Below are positions 30,568 to 40,515 of a stretch of DNA of 57,126 bases, piece after piece. Position numbers and translations under genes: made by a program. Origin of the DNA: Thermoproteota archaeon. Lineage in GTDB: Archaea > Korarchaeota > Korarchaeia > Korarchaeales > Korarchaeaceae. Below the pieces are notes generated by a model that saw only the letters and a program-made list of their open reading frames with translations, ran no database searches and had not been told where the DNA came from. Position 1 is the first letter of the stretch; each line of letters starts with the position of its first letter. The stretch lies in the NCBI GenBank assembly GCA_027492205.1, contig JAOZFN010000002.1, positions 45,834-102,959 on the forward strand, in the 5' to 3' direction.

Positions 30568-31854
30568 TCAGTCAAGCCCGGCCCTGATGAAGTCCAGGAG
30601 TTCCCGCTCCGGCACCTCGACCTGCTCCCAGCTCTCCAGGTCCTTGACGACGTAGACGCCCCTCTCTACCTCCTTCGGCCCGAGGAAGATCACGTACCTC
30701 CAGCCGGTCCGGTCTGCGTACTCCGCCTGCCTGGAAAGAGACCTGCCCCCCCTCAGGTCGAGGTCCGCCCTGATGCCGGCCGCCCTGAGGGACTCGACGA
30801 GGACGAACGCCCTCCTGCGGAGATCGTCGGAGACCACGGCCACGAAGACGCCCGTCCTCTCCCCCTTCCCTCTCACTCCCTTTTCCCTCACCGCGTCGAC
30901 GATCCTGTCCAGCCCCAGGGACAGGCCGGTCGCCGGGGTGGGTGGGCCGCCGTACTCGGCTACGAGTTCGTCGTACCTCCCTCCCCCGCCCAGGGCGTAC
31001 GGAATGTCCTCCACGAACGCCTCGAAGACCGTGCCGGTGTAGTAGGCCAGCCCCCTCACGAGGAACGGCGCGAGCCTGACCCTCATGCCGACGGCCCTGG
31101 CCGCGTCGTAGACCTCCTCCAGGTTCTTGAGGGCCTTCACGCTGCCCTCAAATCCTCTGAGGGATGGCTCCAGCTCGGAGGGGTCCTCGCCCTCAACGTC
31201 AGCCAGGCCCATGAGCCTAGACGCCCTCTCCTCTCCCAGCAACTCCGCGAGCCCCGCCTCGACCTCGGACCTCTCGACCTTGCCGAGCTTGTCCATCCAC
31301 GTGAGGACCCTCGACTGCCTTTCCCCCGAGACGCCCCAGGCCTCCAGCATGGACTTCACTATGCCCACATTGTTGAGCCTGATCAGCGCCTCATCCCCGA
31401 GGCCGACGTCCCTCAGCGTGTTCCAGGCCAGCGACATGATCTCGGCGTCGGACTCGGGCGTCGAGGCCCCTATCAGCTCCGCGCCCGCCTGCCAGAACTC
31501 CCTGTACCTCATCCTCTGGGGCTCGTCGTACCTGAACACGTTGCCCACGTAGTACCACTTCACGGGGAGCTTGAACTCTCCCCCCGTGGCGGCGAACAGC
31601 CTCGCCAGGGAGGCCGTGAACTCCGGCCTGAGCGCGACCCTCCTGCCGGCCTTGTCCGCGAACACGAACATGCTCTCCTCGATCTGCTCCCCCTCTTTCT
31701 CCTCGTAGAGCTCGAAGGGCTCCACGGTGGGCGTGAGTACCTCTCTATATCCTGCCCTCTCAAACACGGCCCTGGCCCTCGACTCGACCCACCTGAAGTC
31801 CTCTAGGTAGTCTGGGAGCAGATCCCTGAAGCCCCTGAGCGTTCTCACGGGCAT
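30568..31854 (-). CDS. hisS: Histidine--tRNA ligase
   Basis: LRPEFTA, FRYDEPQ..RYREFWQ, VRGLAYYTG, GGGRYD. Confidence 0.97.
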   Translation of the reverse strand: MPVRTLRGFRDLLPDYLEDFRWVESRARAVFERAGYREVLTPTVEPFELYEEKEGEQIEESMFVFADKAGRRVALRPEFTASLARLFAATGGEFKLPVKWYYVGNVFRYDEPQRMRYREFWQAGAELIGASTPESDAEIMSLAWNTLRDVGLGDEALIRLNNVGIVKSMLEAWGVSGERQSRVLTWMDKLGKVERSEVEAGLAELLGEERASRLMGLADVEGEDPSELEPSLRGFEGSVKALKNLEEVYDAARAVGMRVRLAPFLVRGLAYYTGTVFEAFVEDIPYALGGGGRYDELVAEYGGPPTPATGLSLGLDRIVDAVREKGVRGKGERTGVFVAVVSDDLRRRAFVLVESLRAAGIRADLDLRGGRSLSRQAEYADRTGWRYVIFLGPKEVERGVYVVKDLESWEQVEVPERELLDFIRAGLD

Positions 31855-31916
31855 AGGCTCACGGGCCGCAGTTCGCCAAAGCTTATATAACGCTTAGGAC
31901 AGGTAAGGGATCGGCT

Positions 31917-32012
31917 GGGCCCGTAGCTCAGCATGGATCAGAGCGGCGGCCTCCTACGGCCGTGGCCGGGGCAAGCCGCAGGTCGGGGGTTCGAGTCCCC
32001 CCGGGCCCGCCA
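31917..32012 (+). tRNA. tRNA-Arg(CCT) with 17-nt BHB intron at 37/38 (31957-31973)
   Basis: GCGGC-CTCCTA[CGGCCGTGGCCGGGGCA]A-GCCGC; CTCC:GGGG central helix with 3-nt bulges. Confidence 0.95.
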
Positions 32013-32062
32013 CCCGCCCTGGCCAACCTATTTTATCGGGGCCTCGACTGGTTGTCGAGAAG

Positions 32063-33103
32063 ATGCTCAGAAATTGGATGCCGCTGCTGGCGCTGCTGCT
32101 GGCCGCCTCGATCGCGGCGCCCGCCGCGGCTCAGGCTCAGCCTCCGGGCGGGCAGTTCGAGGCCATAGTGGTCAGGGGCGACATCTACGCCGACTGGACG
32201 GTGGCCGCGGCCTACGGCCTCCACAGGGACATCCCCGTGATCACGCTGATACCGGGCATCAACGACGACGAGGTCGTCAGCATGGTCCTCGGCCTGACGT
32301 CGTTCGACGAGACGCCGAGGGTCATGGTGGTCGGCGACAGGAGGGCGGTTCCGGAGGACTTCGTGATCAGGCTGGAGTCCCGGGGGGTGGCGGTCAGCAG
32401 GTTCGGGGGGCCGACCAGATTCGACACGGCCATCTACGTCACCACCCAGCTCTGGGGAGACGCGGACACGCTGATCGTGGTGGACGGAACCAGGCCGGAG
32501 CTCTACTTCCCCGCCCTCCTGTGGTCGCGGCAGTACTCAGCCCCCATCGTCTACTCGAGCGAGGGCCACCTCCCCGACTCCTTCTGGGCCTCTGCGGGCA
32601 CATACCTCCCCAACTTGGAGAGGGTGATCCTCGTCGGCGACCCTCTCTCCGAGGACGAGCTGGCCAGGCTCTCCTCCTCGTACCAGGTGGTCAGGGTGTC
32701 GCCCACCGAGGCGCCGACCGAGTGGCCGAGGAGGGGGCGCCTGAGCGCCGTGGCTTCGGTTCTGCTGACGCCGGGCACGGCGGTGGGAGCCGCCCTGGGG
32801 GCGGCCCTCGCGTACCTCCTGGCCTCGCGGGCGAGGGGACGGGAGACTCCCCTCGACCTGCTGGAGGGGTTCCTCACGGCAGACGAGAGGGCCATATTCT
32901 CGGCGGTGGTGGAGAGGGGGCAGATAACCCAGGACAGGCTCCCGGAACTCACGGGCTTCTCCAAGCCGAAGGTGAGCAGGCTGGTCGCGGAGCTCATCGA
33001 CAGGGGCCTGATCGAGAGGGAGCGGATGGGAAAGACCTACGTGCTCTATCCCGCCAAGATTTTTAAGGCCGGGGAGTGGAGCCCCAGGGTCGGAGAGGGC
33101 TGA
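32063..33103 (+). CDS. Membrane-anchored regulator: extracellular cell-wall-binding-2-like domain, TM, C-terminal wHTH
   Basis: Signal peptide; RFGGPTRFDTA; TM; LTADERAI...ITQDRLPELTGFSKPKVSRLV. Confidence 0.8.
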   Translation: MLRNWMPLLALLLAASIAAPAAAQAQPPGGQFEAIVVRGDIYADWTVAAAYGLHRDIPVITLIPGINDDEVVSMVLGLTSFDETPRVMVVGDRRAVPEDFVIRLESRGVAVSRFGGPTRFDTAIYVTTQLWGDADTLIVVDGTRPELYFPALLWSRQYSAPIVYSSEGHLPDSFWASAGTYLPNLERVILVGDPLSEDELARLSSSYQVVRVSPTEAPTEWPRRGRLSAVASVLLTPGTAVGAALGAALAYLLASRARGRETPLDLLEGFLTADERAIFSAVVERGQITQDRLPELTGFSKPKVSRLVAELIDRGLIERERMGKTYVLYPAKIFKAGEWSPRVGEG

Positions 33104-33106
33104 AAG

Positions 33107-33310
33107 ATGGCGCAGGAGGTCGGAGTCAATAAGCCTCCAGCCGTGGAGGAACTCTACTGTACGTCGTGCGGCAGGAGGGTGACCTACGAGAGGGGGGTCG
33201 TCAAGTTCCCGTGCCCCAACTGCGGCGAGTACCTCATAGTCCGGTGCAGGATCTGCAGGAAGCAGGCGAACGAGTACGTCTGCCCCAACTGCGGGTTCGT
33301 CGGTCCGTGA
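33107..33310 (+). CDS. Zn-ribbon protein (DUF1610 family)
   Basis: CTSC...FPCPNCG...RCRICR...[11 protein letters not shown], upstream of EF-1beta. Confidence 0.92.
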   Translation: MAQEVGVNKPPAVEELYCTSCGRRVTYERGVVKFPCPNCGEYLIVRCRICRKQANEYVCPNCGFVGP

Positions 33311-33328
33311 CCGGTGGGAGGGTTCGGG

Positions 33329-33598
33329 TTGGCCCGCGTTATGGCGCAGTTCAGGGTCCTGGTCGATCCGGGCGCGGATCCGGAGGAGGTCGCCGGCAAG
33401 ATCCGGGAGTCCCTGGAGCCCCTGGGGGTCCAGCTGATGGACAGGAGGCAGGCCGAGCTTGCCTTCGGGATAGTGTCCCTGACGATCCTGCTCTCCACCC
33501 CCGAGGAGGAGGGCATAACCGACAAGGTTGAGGAGGCCCTCTCCAGCGTCCCGGGCGTGAGCTCGGTCGAGCTGGAGACCATGTCCAGGGGCGGGTGA
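33329..33598 (+). CDS. ef1b: Elongation factor 1-beta
   Basis: LAFGIVSL, TDKVEEALSSVPGVSSVE; conserved neighbourhood. Confidence 0.9.
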   Translation: MARVMAQFRVLVDPGADPEEVAGKIRESLEPLGVQLMDRRQAELAFGIVSLTILLSTPEEEGITDKVEEALSSVPGVSSVELETMSRGG

Positions 33599-33631
33599 TC
33601 GGGTCTGCCCCTCGAGCTACCCCTCACGCAC

Positions 33632-33859
33632 GTGGTGTACGAAGAGGTCAAGAAGAGGAGGGGGACCGTCACGGACAGGGAGCTCTACGAGGCGCTGAGG
33701 TCCAAGGATCCGACGCTCTCGCTGGACCAGCTGGAGCGGGCCCTGATGAGGCTCGAGGTGGCGGGCGTGATAAGGGTGTCCAGCGGGGGCAAGGGCGGGA
33801 CGCTGGTCATAGAGGTCGCGGAGGGCGAGCACGCCTACCTGACGCCCGACGAGGAGTGA
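33632..33859 (+). CDS. Small winged-helix protein
   Basis: TDRELYEAL...LERALMRLEVAGVIRV. Confidence 0.7.
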   Translation: MVYEEVKKRRGTVTDRELYEALRSKDPTLSLDQLERALMRLEVAGVIRVSSGGKGGTLVIEVAEGEHAYLTPDEE

Positions 33860-33893
33860 GCGTCCGAGGGACTCCTTCGACGTATTGTCCCTG

Positions 33894-34919
33894 TCAGAAC
33901 CAGGCCTCCAGCCCGCCGCCGGCGTGCATCTTATAGGCCTCAGTTATCTCGTCTATGACCTTCCTGACCCTCTTCTCGGAGAACTCGTGCTCATCTACCA
34001 TGAACTTCAGGAGACCCTCGGCGTCCGGCCTCTTCAGGGTCACATCGTATTCGTCCGTCACCGGCGGGCTCAGGAAGAACTCGTAGATTTCCCTCAGCGG
34101 GACGTCAAACTCCCACTTGACCGCCCTCTCGACCTCCTCCACCGTGCGATGGCTCCTCACGATCTCCAGCGCTCTCTTGGGTCCCACGCCCCTCACGCCG
34201 CCGGGGTTGTAATCGGTGCCGACGAGGATGCCCAAGAGGATCAGCTGCTCCCTGGTGATCCCCAGCGACTCGAGGGTCTCCCTGAGGGAGATGACCTCGG
34301 GCCTAACCTCGACGTACACGTCCTTCCCGGGGAGCTTCCTCTTCCCCGTTATCGTCACGTTCCTCACGAGCCTTGGAGAGCCGAAGAGCAGGGAGTCGTA
34401 GTCCTGGCTGGCGGCGGCCCAGACGTCCCCTTTAGCCGCCATGTGCGCCGCCTGGGCCTCCCCCTCGCTGGGCGCCTGGACCCAGGGGACCCCCATGAGC
34501 TCTAGTATCCTCTTGGCATCCTCGACCATCTCGTCCGTGAGCTCCAGCGCCGCCTGGGCGTACTTCCGCATCTCCTCCACGTCGCCCCTCTCAGCGGCCT
34601 CAGCCCACTTTTCCCTGGCTGCTTCCCTCCTGGCGGCCCGCTCCTCCAGCTCCCTCTTCTTGAACTCCGGAGGCTCACCGTCGAACACGTAGACCGGGGT
34701 TATCCCCAGCGCGAGCAGATTGGCGGTCCTGTAGAATATACCTGAGTGCACGGAGGTGATCTCTCCCCTGCTGGTCATGAGCGGAGTGCCGTCAGGCTGT
34801 CTGACCTTCGCCAGAAACTGGTAGAGGGCATTGTAGGCGTCGAGGGCCAGCCTCCTACCGCCGAGGTCCTTGAGGTCTACTTCCCTCCCCACCACGATGT
34901 CGCCGAGCTTGACCCCCAT
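33894..34919 (-). CDS. fen: Flap endonuclease 1
   Basis: [41 protein letters not shown]-like LEAWF. Confidence 0.98.
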   Translation of the reverse strand: MGVKLGDIVVGREVDLKDLGGRRLALDAYNALYQFLAKVRQPDGTPLMTSRGEITSVHSGIFYRTANLLALGITPVYVFDGEPPEFKKRELEERAARREAAREKWAEAAERGDVEEMRKYAQAALELTDEMVEDAKRILELMGVPWVQAPSEGEAQAAHMAAKGDVWAAASQDYDSLLFGSPRLVRNVTITGKRKLPGKDVYVEVRPEVISLRETLESLGITREQLILLGILVGTDYNPGGVRGVGPKRALEIVRSHRTVEEVERAVKWEFDVPLREIYEFFLSPPVTDEYDVTLKRPDAEGLLKFMVDEHEFSEKRVRKVIDEITEAYKMHAGGGLEAWF

Positions 34920-34980
34920 CCCGGGTCATCCATTGGCGGGGCCGCGAGAAACTTAAATCAACGGTTCGGCCGTTCGAGAG

Positions 34981-36054
34981 GTGCGGATAGTCCTCCTGGG
35001 CCCCTACTACCCAGACGTAGGCGGAGTCCAGGTCTACAATACCATGCTGGCTGGCGAGCTTGCTAGGAGGGGGCACGAGGTCACGGTAGTCTCTTACGGC
35101 TGGGCCAGGTCGAGATGGGGGGAGAGGGTGATCCGGCTCCCGACCCCGAGAGTCCCCGGGATTAGGGGGACTAGCTTCATGGCCGCCTCCGCGCTGAGGC
35201 TGGCCGCGAGCCTGGGGGATGCGGACGCTGTGGTCGCGCAGTACGCCAAGACCTCCGGGGTGGCGGCCTGGATCGGCCGCGCACTGGGTGGACCTCCCTA
35301 CGTCCCGGTCTTCCACGGGACCGACGCACTCGTCGGGATGGGGGCCTGGCTATTGCGGCGCGCGTGCAGGTCCGCCCCGGCCGTTGCGGCAGTGAGCTCC
35401 CACCTAGCCGACATCGTGAGGGAGAGGTTCGGGGTCGAACCCAGGGTTATCCGCGGGGGCGTGGACATCGAGACCTTCAGGTCCCTCCCGGGGAGGGAGG
35501 ATGTTAGAGAGGGGATGGGGATTCCGGCCGACGCTCAGGTGGTGGGGATCGTGGGCTCCCTAGTTCCGGTGAGGGACCCGGAGCTCGCCCTCAGGGCGGC
35601 CCTCTCCCACCCCGACGCCCTGGTCCTCGTGGCCGGGGACGGGCCCCTCAGGCCCAAGCTGAAGGAGCTGGCCAGGCGTGAGGGGGCTGGGAGGGTGATG
35701 TTCCTGGGCAAGGTCCCCCACGAGAGGATTCCGCTGGTGCTGAGGGCCTGCGACCTGACCCTCCACACCCCGAGGTGGGAGGGCTTCGGCCTGACCGCCC
35801 TCGAGTCGATGGCCGCCGGCACGCCGCCCCTGGCCGCCAGGGTTGGCGCCCTGCCGGAGTTCGTGAAGGACGGCCACACCGGGTTCTTGGCCGACAGGTC
35901 CCTGGAGGCCCTCTCGGAGAGACTGAGGGAGGTCCTCTCAGACCGCGACGCGCTGGAACGCGTCTCCAGGGAGGCGAGGGAGTTCGCTCTGTCCAGGGGG
36001 TGGGACGCCGTCGCTAGGGAGTTCGAGTCCCTGCTGGAGGAGGTGGTGTCGTGA
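34981..36054 (+). CDS. Glycosyltransferase family 4
   Basis: GGV N-terminus; EGFGLTALESMAAGTP. Confidence 0.92.
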   Translation: MRIVLLGPYYPDVGGVQVYNTMLAGELARRGHEVTVVSYGWARSRWGERVIRLPTPRVPGIRGTSFMAASALRLAASLGDADAVVAQYAKTSGVAAWIGRALGGPPYVPVFHGTDALVGMGAWLLRRACRSAPAVAAVSSHLADIVRERFGVEPRVIRGGVDIETFRSLPGREDVREGMGIPADAQVVGIVGSLVPVRDPELALRAALSHPDALVLVAGDGPLRPKLKELARREGAGRVMFLGKVPHERIPLVLRACDLTLHTPRWEGFGLTALESMAAGTPPLAARVGALPEFVKDGHTGFLADRSLEALSERLREVLSDRDALERVSREAREFALSRGWDAVAREFESLLEEVVS

Positions 36055-36422
36055 CGGCCGACAGGTTCGCCTACAAGCAGGTCATAGCGGTGAGGAAGGA
36101 CCTGAAGATGAGCCCCGGCAAGCTGGCGGTACAGGTGGCCCACGCGGCCTGCATGGCCGCCGAGATGGCCATGAAGAGGTGCCCCGACGTCTACGAGGCC
36201 TGGAAGAGGGAGGGGGCCAAGAAGGTGGTGGTCGCCGTCGGCTCCGAGGAGGAACTCCTCGAGGTCTACAATCAGGCCGAGAGGCTGGGCCTGCCGAGGA
36301 GCATCGTCAGGGATGCGGGGCTGACTGAGCTGCCTCCCGGGACGCTCACCGCGGCCGCCGTTGGTCCCCACAGGGCTGGCGAGGTCGACAAGGTCACTGG
36401 GAGGCTCCCTCTGCTGAGGTGA
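36051..36422 (+). CDS. pth2: Peptidyl-tRNA hydrolase Pth2
   Basis: KQVIAVRKDLKMSPGKLAVQVAHA, DAGLTE. Confidence 0.97.
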   Translation: MTADRFAYKQVIAVRKDLKMSPGKLAVQVAHAACMAAEMAMKRCPDVYEAWKREGAKKVVVAVGSEEELLEVYNQAERLGLPRSIVRDAGLTELPPGTLTAAAVGPHRAGEVDKVTGRLPLLR

Positions 36423-37570
36423 CGAGGGGAGTGGCGAATCCTCCCGAGCTGGACGTCCGGACCGGCATGCTGGCCTACGCGAGGCCCGACTGGGATCCCC
36501 TCCCTGGGCGCCTGAGGGAGAGACTCCCGGACTTCTTGGTAGACGAGGTGTGGCGCGGCGCCTCCGCCTTGATGGCGGCCGCGAGCCTCGAGTCCCCCGA
36601 GGTCCAAGAGGGGCCCCACGCGGTCTTCTCCGTCATCAAGGTGGGGCTCACCACCGAGGAGGCCGCCGGGCTGCTGGCGAGGACCCTCAGGATACCCACG
36701 AGCAGGGTGTCCTACGCGGGGCTCAAGGACAGGAGGTCCGTCTCGGCTCAGTTCATGAGCGCCCCCCTCGGCAGGCCCCCAGAGGTCGTGAGCGCCCCGA
36801 GGGTGAGAGCCAAGTTCGTCTGTAGGTCGACGGAGCCGGTCTACAGGGGGTCTAATGACCTGAACAGGTTCACCCTGAGGGTAAGGGGGACGGAGCTCCG
36901 TGAGCTCTCGCGCAGGCTGACGGAGCTCTCCCGAGGCTTCCCCAACTTCTTCTCCTACCAGAGGTTCGGGGACAGGCCGCCGCTCAACCACGAGATCGGC
37001 CTGCTGGTGCTCAGGAGGGAATTCGACCGGGCGGCGAGGCTCCTAGCGGGAAAGGGCGGGAGGGGTTACGAGTCCAGAGTGGCGGAAGCGCTGGGTCGAG
37101 GGGCAGGGGGCCTGGAGGCCCTGAGGGCGATCCCACGCAGGGCCCTGGAGATGATGCTGCACTCTTACCAGGCCTATGTGTTCAACCTCATCCTCTCTAG
37201 GAGGCTCCGCGACGGAGGGCTCTTACCGCGCCCCGGGGACAGGGTGGTCTCCCTCCCCGGGGGCGGCGAGTCGCTCGCCCTCCCACTGCCTGGCTCCGGC
37301 CCCGACGCCTACCACGGCCCTGCAGGCGAGGAGGCCCTGGAGATCCTCCGCGGCGACGGGTTGTCGCCCGAGAGCTTCCGCCTCCCCGAGCTGGGCCTGA
37401 ACCTGGCCGGCGGGCTGAGACCCGCCTGGGTTCCGGTGAGAGGCCTGAGGCTCTGGGAGAGGGGAGACTCGCTCCTGGCGTCCTTTGCCCTCGATCGGGG
37501 ATCTTACGCGACCTCCCTGATGAGGGAGGCCCTGCTCCCGCGTGACCCTGCCTCTCAGGGGTTCCTGTGA
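36419..37570 (+). CDS. truD: tRNA pseudouridine(13) synthase
   Basis: DFLVDE, YAGLKDR, NRF, PNFFSYQRFG, GSYATSLMRE. Confidence 0.93.
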   Translation: MTRGVANPPELDVRTGMLAYARPDWDPLPGRLRERLPDFLVDEVWRGASALMAAASLESPEVQEGPHAVFSVIKVGLTTEEAAGLLARTLRIPTSRVSYAGLKDRRSVSAQFMSAPLGRPPEVVSAPRVRAKFVCRSTEPVYRGSNDLNRFTLRVRGTELRELSRRLTELSRGFPNFFSYQRFGDRPPLNHEIGLLVLRREFDRAARLLAGKGGRGYESRVAEALGRGAGGLEALRAIPRRALEMMLHSYQAYVFNLILSRRLRDGGLLPRPGDRVVSLPGGGESLALPLPGSGPDAYHGPAGEEALEILRGDGLSPESFRLPELGLNLAGGLRPAWVPVRGLRLWERGDSLLASFALDRGSYATSLMREALLPRDPASQGFL

Positions 37571-38028
37571 TCCACGTCCGCATCTTCCCTCAGGGGCCGC
37601 ACAGTCAGGGTGAGCCCAGCACCGGCCTTGAGGGCCATCACCATGCTCCTCGGCACGTCCGCCGCCGCTGCCTCCGCTAGGACTGCCAGGGTACGGTCGT
37701 CCACGTAGTCTGACCTCCTGATCACGATGCTCCTCTCGCTGGCGAGAGTCAGCCTGGGGTCTCCCCTGGCCCGAAACGAGAACGCCTCCCTGCCTCCCTC
37801 CCCCTCCACCTCCAGCTCGATTAGCACCCACCCTCCGGACCTGAGGTGCTCCCTGAGCCAATCCGGGACGTCCGAGCAGGCCGCGTCGGCCTCTATCGCC
37901 AGGATGCAGTCCCCCCTCTCGGTCAGGTAGTCGTCCCTAGTCACCTCCATGGTCGTGTGGTGCCTGGCCCTCACGTTGGGGTGGCCCTTGGCCCTGACCA
38001 CGAAGGCCGCCTCGAAGTCAAACCTCAA
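37555..38028 (-). CDS. DUF371 family protein
   Basis: AKGHPNVRARHHTTMEVTRDDYLTERGDCI; TTG start 38028. Confidence 0.9.
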   Translation of the reverse strand: MRFDFEAAFVVRAKGHPNVRARHHTTMEVTRDDYLTERGDCILAIEADAACSDVPDWLREHLRSGGWVLIELEVEGEGGREAFSFRARGDPRLTLASERSIVIRRSDYVDDRTLAVLAEAAAADVPRSMVMALKAGAGLTLTVRPLREDADVDHRNP

Positions 38029-38073
38029 CTCTAAAGCCTCCCCGAACCCTTCACCCGCGCGGGGGAGGAAACC

Positions 38074-38777
38074 CTGGAGGAGGAGCGCGCCGGGCTCGTA
38101 AAAAGGCTGGAGATGCTGGGTGTGATCCGCACCCCCGAGGTAAGGAGGGCGGCCCTCACAGTCCCGAGGGAGGAGTTCGTCCCTGAGCACCTCAGGAGGG
38201 ACGCCTACCGGGACACCCCCCTCCCGATAGGCGAGGGGCAGACCATCAGCGCGCCACACGGCCACTAAGGGCCGGGCGACACATGGTGTTCATGATGGAC
38301 GAGCTCCTCGCCCTGAGGAGGGGGATGGTGGTGTTCGAGGTGGGCGCCGGGAGCGGGTACCACGCCGCGACCGTGGCGGAGATAGTCGCCCCCGCTGAAG
38401 AGGACCCAGCCGAGTGGGGGCACGTCTACTCCGCCGAGATAGTCCCCTCGCTTGCCAGGAAGGCCTGGTCGAACCTCAGGCGCGCGGGCTACTCAGACAG
38501 GGTCACGGTCCTGGCCATGGACGGGAGCGCCGGCTTCCCGCTCGGGGTCAGGCCGGACAGGATACTGGTAACGGCCGCCGCTCCGGGGCCACCGAGGCCC
38601 CTCTTAGACCAGCTCAAGGTCGGCGGGAGGATGGTGGTCCCGGTAGGTGAGCCGTCTTGGTGGGGCGGGCAGGTGCTCGTCGTGATCGACAAGGAGGACG
38701 AGGGCAGGTTCAGGCAGACGGAGATAACCCCCGTCGCGTTCGTGCCCCTGAGGGGGAAGTACGGATGGCCAAGCTGA
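38074..38777 (+). CDS. pcm: Protein-L-isoaspartate O-methyltransferase, join(38074..38257,38281..38777), interrupted by a 23-nt BHB intron
   Basis: Exon 1 VPREEFVP...[18 protein letters not shown]; exon 2 HMV...[11 protein letters not shown]...ILVTAAA...[12 protein letters not shown]...FVPL; start (CTG 38074 after GGAGG, or ATG 38113) uncertain. Confidence 0.92.
38258..38280 (+). other. Candidate archaeal mRNA intron (bulge-helix-bulge)
   Basis: G-CGCC-AC^A-CGGCC-ACTAAG-GGCCG-GGCG-AC^A-C; removal restores the frame and motif. Confidence 0.88.
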
Positions 38778-39403
38778 TCCACAGAGGGGCGGAGGCCGAG
38801 GTCTACGAGGCAGACGCCTGGGGCATGCCCGCGGTTGAGAAGAGGAGGATCGAGAAGTCCTACAGGCACCCGGAGCTGGACTGGAGGATAAGGACCTCGA
38901 GGACCAGGCTCGAGGCCAAGATACTGATGAGGCTAAAGGAGCACGGGGTCAGATGCCCCGCCGTGCTGGATGTCTGGGGAGACACGCTGCTGCTGGAGAG
39001 GGTGTCCGGCCCAACCTTGCTCGACCTACTGTCCCGAGGACGGAGAGAGAAGGAGGGCGAGGGACTCGCCGGGGTGATGGAGGACCTGGGCCGGCAGGTG
39101 GGCCTCATGCACTCCGCCGGGGTCGTCCACAACGACCTGACCCCGCTCAACGTGGTCGTGACGGGGGGGAGGACCTGCCTCATTGACTTCGGACTGGGGG
39201 AGTTCTCCAGGAGCGAGGAGGATATGGCCGTCGACCTCCACGTCCTGAAGAAGTCTCTGGAGGCCTTGTTCCCTGAAACGGCCGGGGAGCTCTTTGAGCG
39301 CTTCCTGAGGGGGTACAGGGACACCGCCCCCAGGCCCGACGCGACCATGGCCAGGCTCGAGGCCGTGGAGAGGAGGGGGCGGTACAGGAGCTGGATCGGG
39401 TGA
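38765..39403 (+). CDS. bud32: KEOPS kinase/ATPase Bud32
   Basis: GAEAEVY, KSYRHPELD, HNDLT..N, IDFGL. Confidence 0.95.
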   Translation: MAKLIHRGAEAEVYEADAWGMPAVEKRRIEKSYRHPELDWRIRTSRTRLEAKILMRLKEHGVRCPAVLDVWGDTLLLERVSGPTLLDLLSRGRREKEGEGLAGVMEDLGRQVGLMHSAGVVHNDLTPLNVVVTGGRTCLIDFGLGEFSRSEEDMAVDLHVLKKSLEALFPETAGELFERFLRGYRDTAPRPDATMARLEAVERRGRYRSWIG

Positions 39404-39433
39404 GAGCCGACGATCGGTGAGGGGGGTGATCCC

Positions 39434-40018
39434 GTGGTAGTTGGGGGGGTGGACAGGATCAGGTTCGTCACCCACAACAGACACAAGTTCCGGGAGGCGA
39501 GGACCATCCTCGCGCGATTCGGGCTCGAGGTCGAGTGGGTCGAGATGGAGTACCCAGAGGTCCAGGCCGACGCCCTGGAGGAGGTGGCCCTGTTCTCGGC
39601 CAGGTGGCTCCTCGACCGGGTGGACCCCCCCTTCTTCATAGAGGACGCCGGCCTGTTCATAGACGCCCTCAGGGGGTTCCCAGGCCCCTACTCGTCCTTC
39701 GCCTTCAGGACCATAGGGAACGAGGGGATACTCAAGCTGATGGACGGGGTCTTGGACAGGGGGGCCAGCTTCAAGTCGGTGGTGGCCGTCGCCCTCGACA
39801 GGAACTCCGAGCCGACGGTGCTGGTCGGCGAGACCCCGGGCAGGATAGCGGAGTCCATCAGGGGAGGGGGGTGGGGGTTCGACCCGATCTTCGAGCCCCT
39901 CGAGCCGGGCGGCCTCACGTACGGGGAACTGGGGGAGGACAAGAACAGGTACTCGCACCGATACAGGGCCCTCAGGCGGCTCGGCGAGTGGCTCTCCGAG
40001 GGGCGCAAGCCTTTATAA
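39434..40018 (+). CDS. rdgB: Non-canonical purine NTP pyrophosphatase (Ham1)
   Basis: [36 protein letters not shown]. Confidence 0.96.
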   Translation: MVVGGVDRIRFVTHNRHKFREARTILARFGLEVEWVEMEYPEVQADALEEVALFSARWLLDRVDPPFFIEDAGLFIDALRGFPGPYSSFAFRTIGNEGILKLMDGVLDRGASFKSVVAVALDRNSEPTVLVGETPGRIAESIRGGGWGFDPIFEPLEPGGLTYGELGEDKNRYSHRYRALRRLGEWLSEGRKPL

Positions 40019-40059
40019 CGGGGAGGGACCGAGAGGCGGGAAGGAAACGGGTGATAAGG

Positions 40060-40515
40060 TTGGCCAGGATGCACAGCAGGAAGCGGGGCAAGTCAGAGTC
40101 CACCAGGCCCCCGGCCAGCGTCCCGCTCGACTGGGTCTCCCTGAGCAGGGAGGAGATAGAGGAGATAATCGTCAAGCTCGGCAAGCGAGGCGTCCCTCCC
40201 AGCCAGATAGGCATGATCCTGAGGGACGTCTACGGCGTCCCTCTCGTCAGGAGGGTCCTCGGCAAGAAGCTGACCAAGGTGCTGGAGGAGCACGACGCGG
40301 CCCCCGAGATCCCCGAGGACCTCCAGGCCCTGATAAGGAGGGCCCTCAGGATAAGGAGGCACCTTGAGACCCACAGGAAGGACCTCCACTCAAGGAGGGG
40401 GCTCCAGCTCATCGAGTCCAAGATCCACAGGCTGGCGAAGTACTACAGGAGGGTAGGCAAGCTCCCGCCCGACTGGAAGTACGACCCGAAGAGGGCCGAG
40501 CTGCTTGCAAGCTGA
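40060..40515 (+). CDS. rps15: 30S ribosomal protein S15
   Basis: [31 protein letters not shown]. Confidence 0.97.
   Translation: MARMHSRKRGKSESTRPPASVPLDWVSLSREEIEEIIVKLGKRGVPPSQIGMILRDVYGVPLVRRVLGKKLTKVLEEHDAAPEIPEDLQALIRRALRIRRHLETHRKDLHSRRGLQLIESKIHRLAKYYRRVGKLPPDWKYDPKRAELLAS

Noticed and set aside
31933-33066. 377-aa alternative ORF and similar long shadow ORFs
   Set aside because: Arg/Gly/Pro-rich off-frame products over recognisable genes
38029-38265. N-terminal extension of the DUF371 ORF
   Set aside because: It is the antisense of pcm exon 1; DUF371 homology begins near 38028
38074-38777. pcm as an ordinary pseudogene or sequencing frameshift
   Set aside because: The insertion is 23 nt, not a homopolymer slip, and forms an exact BHB that restores the motif
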